This document shows positions 1 through 7,610 of a stretch of 31,898 nt of DNA, piece by piece. The notes under the pieces are model-generated. The model ran no database searches. It was not told the origin of the DNA and saw only the letters and a program-made list of their open reading frames with translations. Source of the DNA: a virus. Lineage: Duplodnaviria; Caudoviricetes. The translations under genes were made by a program, and so were the position numbers. Every line of letters starts with the position of its first letter. The first letter of the stretch is position 1. The stretch spans positions 1-31,898 of the IMG/VR virus record IMGVR_UViG_3300044297_000154; one strand, given 5' to 3'.

Positions 1-167
1 CGTATTACTACGAACAGAAGGGCAACCGCGGCGTGTCGTTCGGGTTGAACAACGTGCAAAAACTCCGCGATGGGCCGGCGCTCGGCAACCGCATGAAAGC
101 CGAGGACGCTTTCGAGCCGGTGGCAGAGGCGGCTGGCGCGGCTGGTGGCGACAGCATTTTCGACTGA
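1..167 (+). CDS. C-terminal part of a phage single-stranded DNA-binding protein (DUF2815/Enc34-type, gp2.5-like); truncated by the window edge
   Basis: Frame 3 reads YYYEQKGNRGVSFGLNNVQKLRDGPALG...EDAFEPV...GGDSIFD* (TGA 165-167). The GN-GV-FGLNNVQK-RDG motif and acidic/Phe tail are typical of this family. It lies directly upstream of PolA. Not in the supplied ORF track. Confidence 0.85.
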   Translation, partial: YYYEQKGNRGVSFGLNNVQKLRDGPALGNRMKAEDAFEPVAEAAGAAGGDSIFD

Positions 168-183
168 TCCTTGCGAGGCTTAC

Positions 184-212
184 GCGCCCCTTCGGGGGCG
201 CTCTTTTTCTTT
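184..212 (+). terminator. Rho-independent terminator after the SSB gene
   Basis: GCGCCCC-TTCG-GGGGCGC 7-bp stem with UUCG loop (184-201), followed by TCTTTTTCTTT. Confidence 0.85.
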
Positions 213-2237
213 ATGGCACCGATTCTCCACATCGACTTCGAAACCCGCAGCGCCGTCGATTTGCGCACGGCTGGGTTGCATCGCTACGCCACCGATCCGA
301 CGACGGACGTGTGGTGCGTCGGTTTCGCTTTAGGCGAAACGGACATAGAGATTGCGTCAGCAAGCGACATGGCGCCGTTGTACGAACGTAGCGTTTTCGA
401 TTTTGTGCGCGACGGGATCACCGTCTGCGCACACAACGTCGCTTTCGAGTTGGCCATCTGGAATCACATCATGGCGCCGCGCTACGGCTGGCCGCCGCTA
501 AAGCCCGAGCAATGCGTCTGCACGATGGCGATGGCGTACTCGATGTCCCTGCCCGGCTCGCTTGAAAACGCGGCGGCGGCGGTCGGCATCGAGGAACGCA
601 AAGACCAAGCCGGCCGGCGCGTGATGCTGCAACTGTCGAAACCACGGGAGGTGAAACCCGATGGCACCCTGGTCTGGTGGGACGACCCCAAGAAGCTCGA
701 CGCTCTTTATTCCTACTGCAAACAGGACGTGGCGGTTGAGCGCGAATTGCACCGTCGGCTACGCCCGCTGTCGGATTCAGAGCGACAAGTTTGGTTACTT
801 GACTACCGAATCAATCAGCAAGGTGTCGCTGTGGATCGGGACGGCGTGGCTGCTGCAATTCAAGTGGTCGAGGACGAAGCGGCACGACTGAATACCGCCA
901 TGCGCGAAGTCACGGGCGGCGCAGTATCCACCTGCAGTGCGGTCGGCCAGCTTGGCGACTGGATCAAGTGGCAGGGTGTCAAGATGGACGGCGTGGCAAA
1001 GGCCGACGTGATTGATGCGTTAGCCGGCGACACGTTGCCGGAACGTGTCGAAAAAGCCCTGAAATTGCGACAGGAGGCGGCCAAAGCCTCAACCGCCAAA
1101 CTGAAGCCGATGGTGTCGGCGGCCGGTGCCGATGGCCGGCTGCGCGGCATGTTCCAGTATCACGGCGCGGCCACGGGCCGGTGGGCGGGTCGGCTGGTGC
1201 AGCTGCACAACATGCCGCGCCCGCGTGCTGGGGTGAAACCGCACCACGTCGAAGCCATGATCGAGCTTATGCAGGCCGGCGACATCGACGGGCTGGATAT
1301 GCTGCATGGCCCGGTGCTCGCGTCGGTGTCCGATTGCCTGCGCGGGTTTCTGGTGGCCGCGCCCGGCTTTGATCTGATCGCGGTGGACTTCGCCAACATC
1401 GAAGGGCGGGTGCTGGCGTGGCTGGCGGGGGAACAATGGAAGGTCAACGCATTCAAGGAGTTTGACGATGGGAATGGTCCAGACTTATATCTGGTCGCAG
1501 CGTCGCGCATTTTCGACTGCAGCGTGGACGCGGCCAAGCCTCACCGCCAGGTCGGCAAGGTCGCCGAACTGGCGCTCGGCTACGGCGGCGGGATCGGGGC
1601 TTTTCAGACGATGGCCAAAGGTTACGGTGTTGTTGTGCCTGACGAAAAAGCGGACGGCATTAAGACGGCGTGGCGCGCGGCCCACCCGAAAATCGTGGAC
1701 TTTTGGTATGCGCTTGAGTCTGCTGCGATTGCTGCGGTCCTGCAACCCGGAAGCACGCAGAAGGTCGGGCGCATCGCGTTCAAGGTGAAGGGCAGTTTCC
1801 TCTGGTGCCAGTTGCCAAGCGGCCGCCTGCTTTGTTATCCTTACCCGCGCGTTGAGATAATCCCAACGCCGTGGGGCGCCGACAAGGACGCCCTTACCTA
1901 CAAGACGACCCCGCCACAAGATGCCAAGAAACGCTACAAGGTGTTGCCCGACCCGTCCAACACGAATTCGTGGGTGCGCATGAGTTCGTACGGTGGCGAG
2001 ATTTGCGAAAACATCACGCAAGCGGTGGCGCGCGATCTGCTGGCCGAGGCGATGCTGCGGGTGGACACGTGGGGTTTCCAGATCGTAATGCACGTGCATG
2101 ACGAAATCGTGGTTGAGGCGCCGGAAGGTCACGGCGACGTGGATGACGTGTCTGCGGTCATGAGCAAAACCCCCGAATGGGCCGCCGGTCTGCCCGTTGC
2201 GGTCGAGGGTTGGCGCGGAAAGAGGTATCGCAAGTGA
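213..2237 (+). CDS. polA: Family A DNA polymerase with 3'-5' exonuclease domain (APSE/BPP-1 type)
   Basis: ExoI IDFETRS, ExoII AHNVAFE, ExoIII YCKQDV; HGAATGRWAG; motif A DFANIEGRVLA, motif B RQVGKVAELALGYG, motif C VHDE. Start set at ATG 213 (MAPILHIDFE) because the longer ORF (171) reads through the terminator. Confidence 0.95.
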   Translation: MAPILHIDFETRSAVDLRTAGLHRYATDPTTDVWCVGFALGETDIEIASASDMAPLYERSVFDFVRDGITVCAHNVAFELAIWNHIMAPRYGWPPLKPEQCVCTMAMAYSMSLPGSLENAAAAVGIEERKDQAGRRVMLQLSKPREVKPDGTLVWWDDPKKLDALYSYCKQDVAVERELHRRLRPLSDSERQVWLLDYRINQQGVAVDRDGVAAAIQVVEDEAARLNTAMREVTGGAVSTCSAVGQLGDWIKWQGVKMDGVAKADVIDALAGDTLPERVEKALKLRQEAAKASTAKLKPMVSAAGADGRLRGMFQYHGAATGRWAGRLVQLHNMPRPRAGVKPHHVEAMIELMQAGDIDGLDMLHGPVLASVSDCLRGFLVAAPGFDLIAVDFANIEGRVLAWLAGEQWKVNAFKEFDDGNGPDLYLVAASRIFDCSVDAAKPHRQVGKVAELALGYGGGIGAFQTMAKGYGVVVPDEKADGIKTAWRAAHPKIVDFWYALESAAIAAVLQPGSTQKVGRIAFKVKGSFLWCQLPSGRLLCYPYPRVEIIPTPWGADKDALTYKTTPPQDAKKRYKVLPDPSNTNSWVRMSSYGGEICENITQAVARDLLAEAMLRVDTWGFQIVMHVHDEIVVEAPEGHGDVDDVSAVMSKTPEWAAGLPVAVEGWRGKRYRK

Positions 2238-2686
2238 GTCTGCGCATCGTGCCGCTAACGTTGGCGCAGCTCAACGAGTTTGTGGAGAAGCACCACCGCC
2301 ACCACAAGAAGGTTCAAGGCCATAGATTTAGTCTGGGCGTTGAGTCTGACGGCGAACTTGTGGGCGCGTGCAGCGTCGGCCGCCCGGTGGCGCGCGGGTG
2401 CCCGGCGTATGAAGTGGCTGAAGTGACGCGGCTTGTGACGAACGGCACGAAAAACGCATGCTCGATTCTATATGCGACGGCTGCACGCATCTGTAAGGAA
2501 ATGGGCTTTAAAAAGATTCAAACATACATTCTGGATTCAGAGAACGGCGCGTCGCTTAAGGCAAGCGGGTGGTCGTTCGAGGACACCACAATGGGCGGCG
2601 ACTGGAATCACTCGGCAGCATACGCGGGACGCCGCCGCACAGACCAACCGCAATGCCCGAAGCAACGCTGGGCGAAGGAGTTTTAA
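2234..2686 (+). CDS. XF1762-family protein, probable Mom-like GNAT-fold DNA-modification enzyme
   Basis: GTG start overlaps the polA stop (GTGA). Motifs FVEKHHRHH, VGRPVAR, EVTRLVTNGTKNACSILY and IQTYILDSENGASLKASGW recall the XF1762 family and the ELxR / SYAD...G..Y.A.NW pattern of Mu Mom. The family call is from memory; the function is inferred. Confidence 0.7.
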   Translation: MSLRIVPLTLAQLNEFVEKHHRHHKKVQGHRFSLGVESDGELVGACSVGRPVARGCPAYEVAEVTRLVTNGTKNACSILYATAARICKEMGFKKIQTYILDSENGASLKASGWSFEDTTMGGDWNHSAAYAGRRRTDQPQCPKQRWAKEF

Positions 2687-2884
2687 TTGGCCGACGAAGC
2701 CGACCGCGGCAACGATGCCGCTGAACTGTTCCTGAAGATCGCGCGCGACAACGTGCCTGCTGCTGTGCCTGCCGAGGGCATCGGCATCTGCATTAACTGC
2801 GGCGTCGATGTTGAGGGGGATCGCCGCTGGTGCGGTGTCGAGTGCCGCGACGATTATTTGTGGGCGACGAACCGTGGGCGTTGA
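2687..2884 (+). CDS. TraR/DksA-like C4 zinc-finger protein (65 aa)
   Basis: N-terminal MADEADRG resembles the DxxDxA acidic tip of TraR; C-terminal CINC...WCGVECRDD. TTG start immediately after the upstream stop. Confidence 0.7.
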   Translation: MADEADRGNDAAELFLKIARDNVPAAVPAEGIGICINCGVDVEGDRRWCGVECRDDYLWATNRGR

Positions 2885-3902
2885 CATCTTGCAAGGCGAT
2901 TGCCGTGAAATGATGGAGTTTTGGCTGGCGCCAAAGTCAGTCCAATGCTGCCTCACCAGCCCGCCATACTTCGGCCTGCGCGACTACGGACACGCCGGGC
3001 AGATTGGCCTAGAACAGACGCCCGACGAATACGTGGCGAAGATGGTCGAGGTATTCCGTTGCGTGCGCGATGTGCTGGCAGATGATGGGACGCTGTGGCT
3101 GAACCTCGGGGACAGCTATTCCGCACAAGGCGGCGCGCAGGTTCAAGGCACGAAACAAGCCAAGGGGTCGCAGTCTGGTGCTTGGGGTGGTGAAAGCCGC
3201 AAGGGCGTTGCCGGTCTGAAACCAAAAGACCTGATCGGCATCCCGTGGCGCGTTGCCTTCGCCCTGCAAGCGGACGGCTGGTATCTGCGGCAGGACATCA
3301 TCTGGCACAAGCCTAACCCCATGCCGGAAAGCGTCACCGACCGCTGCACCAAGGCGCACGAGTATGTGTTCCTGCTCTCCAAGGGGCCGCGATACTACTT
3401 CGACAGCGAGGCGATCAAGGAACAAAGTAACGAGGCGGATCGCCCGCAACGTCGCCGTGCCATCGAGATAGCCAAGGAGGCTGGGCTGACGCAAGCACAC
3501 TTTGACGCCATCCGCGCCTGTGGGGCCACCGACGCCGGTAAGAGCCAAGTGACTCAAGATGGCTACATGAAGAATGCGCCAGCGGTTCAGATGCTTGCTG
3601 ACGAGGCCAAGGCTGCACTCGGCGGTTATTACAGGGAGTTCACGTTCTCGGACAAAAAGAACAAGCGATCCGTCTGGACCGTCACGACCAAGCCCTTCAA
3701 GGGCGCGCACTTCGCCACCTTTCCGCCCGATCTGATCGAGCCGTGCATCCTCGCCGGCAGCCGGCCCGGCGACTTGGTGCTGGACCCGTTCGGTGGTGCG
3801 GGGACGACTGGATTGGTGGCCAAAAAACACGGGCGCAATGCGGTGTTGTGTGAATTGAACCCTGACTACGTTCGCCTGGCGAAAGATCGGATCGGCGCAT
3901 GA
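2874..3902 (+). CDS. Site-specific amino-DNA methyltransferase (N4-C/N6-A, beta class), orphan
   Basis: Catalytic TSPPY near the N-terminus; KPKDLIGIPWRVAFALQ; WHKPNPMPESV; HFATFP; SAM-binding VLDPFGGAGTTG near the C-terminus (beta order). Start set at GTG 2874. Confidence 0.93.
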   Translation: MGVDILQGDCREMMEFWLAPKSVQCCLTSPPYFGLRDYGHAGQIGLEQTPDEYVAKMVEVFRCVRDVLADDGTLWLNLGDSYSAQGGAQVQGTKQAKGSQSGAWGGESRKGVAGLKPKDLIGIPWRVAFALQADGWYLRQDIIWHKPNPMPESVTDRCTKAHEYVFLLSKGPRYYFDSEAIKEQSNEADRPQRRRAIEIAKEAGLTQAHFDAIRACGATDAGKSQVTQDGYMKNAPAVQMLADEAKAALGGYYREFTFSDKKNKRSVWTVTTKPFKGAHFATFPPDLIEPCILAGSRPGDLVLDPFGGAGTTGLVAKKHGRNAVLCELNPDYVRLAKDRIGA

Positions 3903-6109
3903 CAAAAACAGAACAAGCCCTCGCCCTCGCAGCAAAAGGTTTTTACGTATTTCCGGTTTGTGAAAATCGAAAAGCCCCGCCCCGGATGGAAGGCTGGCAG
4001 CGCCACGCCTCGCGCGACACGAACAAGATCGTCGATATGTGGCGCTCGCACCCGAACGACAATATCGGTATTTCAACTTCCAAGTTCGGCCGCGGTGAAG
4101 CACTGATCGTGGTCGATGTGGACAACAAGGACGGAAAAGATGGCGACGGAGAATTGCTCAAACTCGAATTGGCAGGGTTTGATTTTGCCCCCACGATGGA
4201 GAATCGCACGCCGACGGGTGGACGGCATCTGGTATATCGCGCTGTTCGAGCCGCAAAGCAAGGCGCCAACGTGCTTGCTGCCGGGCTGGACATCAGGTCT
4301 AAGGGCGGGTATTTCATCGGGCCTGGATCCGAAATCAACGGAGCTTTCTATCACGCTTCGGATGAACCCGTCGCTGTCGCCCCTCAGTGGCTCGTCGATC
4401 GCCTCGGACAACCCGCCGAGCGAGTCCCCGCCGACCGACCTGCCGAGCCCGCCCCCGAGTCCGCATTAGATCGGGCGAAGCATTACCTTCTGAACGAGGC
4501 TCCCCTTGCTACACAAGGAGAGGCTGGCGACGAAACGACCTACAAGGTGGCAGCCCGGCTGAAGGACTTGGGACTGAATGCCCACCAAGCCAACGCCGCG
4601 ATGGTCGAGCACTGGAACGACCGCTGCGCACCGCCGTGGGAAGGCCACGAACTCGCGCGCAAGGTCAATAACGCCTTCCGTTACGGCACCGAACAGCCGG
4701 GTGCCGCGATGCCCGAGAAAGCGTTTGAGCCTATCGCCCTTGCCGATAACCGCGAAGTATCGGAAAAACCGATGGACGCGCACCCGTTCACGGTCCTGAA
4801 CCGCAACTACGCTTTCGTCGTCGCAGGTGGCGGCAGCCACATTCTGCACATGACCTATGACGCCTACAACCGGCCGGAAGTGAAGCATCTGGACAAGCAG
4901 ACCTTCCACGACAAATACCTGTCGTGGACGATGCAGTGCGGCAAGAAGGACGAACTGGTGACGAAGCTCTGGATGTGTAGCCCCGATCGCCGGTCATACG
5001 ACGGCATCGTGTTCGACCCCGAGAAAGGGGCGGACGTCGCCACGGGGGATCGCAAGTATTTCAACCTTTGGCGCGGCTTTGCTTACGCACCGCTGGCCGC
5101 CGACGAACAGCCCACACGGGAGGCGCAGGATGCCGTCAACACTTTCTTCGAACACGCCCGCGATAACGTATGCGGAGGCAGCGATGCGCTTTACCGATGG
5201 CTCATCGGCTTTTTTGCGCATCTGGTGCAGCGACCCTGGGAAAAACCGCTGGTCGCTCTGGTGTTCCGTGGCGGGAAGGGTGTGGGAAAAAACGCTCTCA
5301 TCGAGCGAATTGGAGCGTTGCTTGGTGGGCATTTCCTGCTTACTTCCAACCGACGATTCCTCACCTCAAACTTTAACGGCCATTTTGAAAACTGCCTCAT
5401 GTTCGTCATGGACGAAGCGTATTGGGCAGGCGATAAGCAGGCTGAAGGCCAGATTAAAGATTTGATCACAGGGGGCTTTCATGTCATCGAGCACAAAAAC
5501 AAAGAGCCGTTCAAAGTCGAAAACCGCACGCGCGTCGTCATCGTCGGCAACGAGGAATGGCTTGTCCCTTCGTCCAACGACGAACGCCGTTTTGCTGTAT
5601 TTGACGTTGGCGATGGGCGCAAGCAGGACCGCGCTTATTTTGAACAGATGCGCGTCGGCATGGAGCGTGGCGGATATCGACTACTTCTGCGGACGCTTCA
5701 AGGCATATCTCTTGACGGCTTTGACTGCAATGCAGCGCCAGCCACGAAAGGCTTGCTCGACCAGAAAATCAACAGCCTCGATGCAGTCGGCAAGTGGTGG
5801 CTCGACTGTTTACACGAAGGCAAGCTCTCGGGCGGCGACTTCGAGGAACGCTGGCCGGCACAAGCCGAATGCGACCGTGTGCGCATCGCCTTCCGCCGCT
5901 GGGCGCGGGACACGAACCAGGGCGTGAAGTTCATGAGCGACACCGCGTTCGGCAAAGCGTGGCACCGCATGTCGTCGGTGAAGTCGTCGAAGATGCGCCA
6001 CGGCGACGCGCTCACCAACAGCTACAAAATCCCCACGCTCGAAGCTGCCCGGCACGATTGGGAGAAATTCGTGGGGCAGCGGGTGGAGTGGCCTTGCGAG
6101 TCCGCTTAA
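3899..6109 (+). CDS. Bifunctional primase-polymerase (Prim-Pol) fused to a C-terminal SF3/NrS-1-like helicase
   Basis: N-terminal VFPV...K.P, NIGI, VVDVD, TPTGGRHLVY, LDIRSKGGY (Prim-Pol); PriCT-like helical middle region; Walker A GGKGVGKN, Walker B FVMDE, DERRF. ATGA overlap with the MTase. Confidence 0.92.
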   Translation: MTKTEQALALAAKGFYVFPVCENRKAPPRMEGWQRHASRDTNKIVDMWRSHPNDNIGISTSKFGRGEALIVVDVDNKDGKDGDGELLKLELAGFDFAPTMENRTPTGGRHLVYRAVRAAKQGANVLAAGLDIRSKGGYFIGPGSEINGAFYHASDEPVAVAPQWLVDRLGQPAERVPADRPAEPAPESALDRAKHYLLNEAPLATQGEAGDETTYKVAARLKDLGLNAHQANAAMVEHWNDRCAPPWEGHELARKVNNAFRYGTEQPGAAMPEKAFEPIALADNREVSEKPMDAHPFTVLNRNYAFVVAGGGSHILHMTYDAYNRPEVKHLDKQTFHDKYLSWTMQCGKKDELVTKLWMCSPDRRSYDGIVFDPEKGADVATGDRKYFNLWRGFAYAPLAADEQPTREAQDAVNTFFEHARDNVCGGSDALYRWLIGFFAHLVQRPWEKPLVALVFRGGKGVGKNALIERIGALLGGHFLLTSNRRFLTSNFNGHFENCLMFVMDEAYWAGDKQAEGQIKDLITGGFHVIEHKNKEPFKVENRTRVVIVGNEEWLVPSSNDERRFAVFDVGDGRKQDRAYFEQMRVGMERGGYRLLLRTLQGISLDGFDCNAAPATKGLLDQKINSLDAVGKWWLDCLHEGKLSGGDFEERWPAQAECDRVRIAFRRWARDTNQGVKFMSDTAFGKAWHRMSSVKSSKMRHGDALTNSYKIPTLEAARHDWEKFVGQRVEWPCESA

Positions 6110-7059
6110 CGCAGATTGACGGCGCCCTTCCAAATGTCGCCTTAATGAAGTTGGCGCATTGGCACCGGAGCCGCGGCGATAACGTGCTGTTGACCCGACA
6201 CCTTGACCGTGACTTTGTAGAACACGACTACGACGTGGTTTACGGGAGTGTCATTTTTAAATTCAGCGCAGATCGGCTTGCGCGGTTTAAACAGAACTGG
6301 CCTGGCGCGATTGTCGGCGGCACCGGCTCCGGGTCAAACACGACTGTTGAAACGATAACCGGTGGCGAACACCGAGGCTGGGACTACGACGACTACCCCG
6401 AGTTTAAAGAGTCGATCGGGTTCACGCAGCGCGGGTGCCGTCTGAAATGCAAGTTTTGTGTGGTGCCTGCCAAAGAGGGCAAGAACCGCAGCGAGTTCAC
6501 CATCCGCGACATATGGCGCGGCGGCGATCACCCGCGCAAGATTCACTTACTCGACAACGATTTTTTCGGGCAGCCAAACTGGCGGGATCGTGTAGACGAA
6601 ATCAACACCGGCGGGTTCAAAGTGTGTTTGAGCCAAGGCATTAACGTTCGACTAATCGACGACGAGGCCGCTGCCGCCTTGGCAACGATCCAATACCGCA
6701 ACACGAAATTTAACGCGCGGAAACTCTACACAGCGTGGGATAATGTTGGCGACGAGAAAGTGTTTTTCCGCGGCGTGGACAGACTGGAACGCGCCGGCAT
6801 TCCGCCGAAACACTTGATGGCGTACATGTTGATCGGTTTTGATCCGGCCGAAACGTGGGACCGGATCTGGCACCGTTTTAACCGCATGATTGAGCGCGGG
6901 ATTGAACCCTACCCGATGGTGTTCGACCGCAGCCGCAAAGACCTACTGTGCTTTCAACGATGGGTGATCGTCGGGCTTTACCGATGGGTGCCGTGGGGTG
7001 ATTACAAGCGCAACACCAAGTCGATTGAGTCGGAACTGGCGTGGCTGTTCGCGTCTTAG
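6088..7059 (+). CDS. Radical SAM enzyme with an N-terminal cobalamin-binding-like domain
   Basis: TQRGCRLKCKFCVVP (CxxxCxxC) and LLDNDFF. N-terminal IDG..PNVALMKL...IVGGTG resembles a B12-binding Rossmann-like region. Start set at GTG 6088 (TTG 6094 possible; GGAG at 6085-6088); the 5794 start lies inside the primase gene. Confidence 0.88.
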   Translation: MALRVRLTQIDGALPNVALMKLAHWHRSRGDNVLLTRHLDRDFVEHDYDVVYGSVIFKFSADRLARFKQNWPGAIVGGTGSGSNTTVETITGGEHRGWDYDDYPEFKESIGFTQRGCRLKCKFCVVPAKEGKNRSEFTIRDIWRGGDHPRKIHLLDNDFFGQPNWRDRVDEINTGGFKVCLSQGINVRLIDDEAAAALATIQYRNTKFNARKLYTAWDNVGDEKVFFRGVDRLERAGIPPKHLMAYMLIGFDPAETWDRIWHRFNRMIERGIEPYPMVFDRSRKDLLCFQRWVIVGLYRWVPWGDYKRNTKSIESELAWLFAS

Positions 7060-7313
7060 CGACGCAGATACGGATTCCCGATAAGCGGCGCCTCGTTTCG
7101 CTCGAACGCGCGCTGTTGTTCCTGCCGGCGTTGCTGTTCCTGCATTTCGTAAATCCGTTCGCGCTGTTGTTCAAGCTGGCGCTGCTGTTCCCACTCGCGC
7201 GCCGACGGTCCCGACTCGGCGCGGTAGTTGTCGGTCGGGCGCCACGGGTTGAAAGTCTGTTCGGCCAGCAGCAAGGTCGGTGTAAGCAAAAGTGCGAAAA
7301 ACAGCACACGCAT
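7056..7313 (-). CDS. Small secreted Gln/Glu/Arg-rich protein (85 aa), moron-like
   Basis: Signal-peptide-like MRVLFFALLLTPTLLLA|EQ; GGAG RBS at 7324-7321; own promoter; stop overlaps the radical SAM stop convergently. Confidence 0.7.
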   Translation of the reverse strand: MRVLFFALLLTPTLLLAEQTFNPWRPTDNYRAESGPSAREWEQQRQLEQQRERIYEMQEQQRRQEQQRAFERNEAPLIGNPYLRR

Positions 7314-7342
7314 GATCGTTCTCCGGTGGACTTGACACGGCC

Positions 7343-7371
7343 AGCATGCGCCGGAAAATAGGTGGCGTCAA
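7343..7371 (-). promoter_or_regulatory. Putative sigma70 promoter for the moron gene
   Basis: On the minus strand, TTGACG (7371-7366), 17-nt spacer, CATGCT (7348-7343), about 30 nt upstream of the ATG. Confidence 0.5.
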
Positions 7372-7382
7372 TAATCCTTTAG

Positions 7383-7404
7383 TTGCAACCGCTGAGCAAC
7401 CACG
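7383..7404 (+). repeat. Left integrase arm-type site pair (direct repeat, copy 1)
   Basis: TTGCAACC-GCTGA-GCAACCACG; the same pattern recurs at 7611-7632. Confidence 0.7.
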
Positions 7405-7424
7405 AGCGTCAGCGAGTGGTTATT

Positions 7425-7445
7425 AGTGTTTGAGAATCAAACACT
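7425..7445. repeat. Perfect 9-bp inverted repeat overlapping an IHF-like site
   Basis: AGTGTTTGA-GAA-TCAAACACT. AATCAAACACTTC (7435-7447) is one mismatch from the IHF consensus WATCAANNNNTTR. Confidence 0.6.
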
Positions 7446-7463
7446 TCAACCTGAAAGATTGAT

Positions 7464-7489
7464 TGGTTCGATCCCAGTACCGCCCACCA
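7464..7489 (+). other. attP: attP core: 3' end of a tRNA (T-arm to CCA), probably tRNA-Val
   Basis: TGGTTCGATCCCAGTACCGCCCACCA contains the GTTCGA T-loop, the 3' acceptor strand and ACCA. There is no 5' half upstream. It lies about 150 bp upstream of the integrase. The tRNA-Val assignment is from recall of proteobacterial tRNA-Val sequences beginning GGGCGGT. Confidence 0.85.
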
Positions 7490-7524
7490 TGTTTTCCCTC
7501 AACGTTCCCACTGCGCCTTCCCTA

Positions 7525-7549
7525 AAGTGTTGCTTTACTTGCAACACTT
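7525..7549. repeat. Perfect 9-bp inverted repeat in the right attP arm
   Basis: AAGTGTTGC-TTTACTT-GCAACACTT; a perfect TATAAT follows at 7565-7570. Confidence 0.6.
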
Positions 7550-7610
7550 ACTTTTTTCCATTACTATAATCTCAACGACTTTACAGGGGCTTAACGCCTC
7601 TGCGACATTC

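Noticed and set aside
2874-3902. Complete restriction-modification system
   Set aside because: No adjacent endonuclease-like ORF; the MTase is an orphan within the replication operon.
5794-6087. Long N-terminal extensions in the ORF track (radical SAM from 5794; also phosphoesterase from 11196, portal from 29808, 10207, 9074, 21124)
   Set aside because: They overlap neighbouring genes extensively. Downstream starts give clean short overlaps (mostly ATGA/TGATG) and sensible N-termini.
7332-7360. Plus-strand promoter at the perfect TTGACA (7332-7337)
   Set aside because: The -10 region at 16-18 nt spacing is poor (GAAAAT/AAAATA) and no ORF follows; not supportable.
7410-7489. Complete tRNA gene
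   Set aside because: Only the T-arm and 3' acceptor strand are present; there is no complementary 5' acceptor strand (GGGCGGT) or D-arm upstream.
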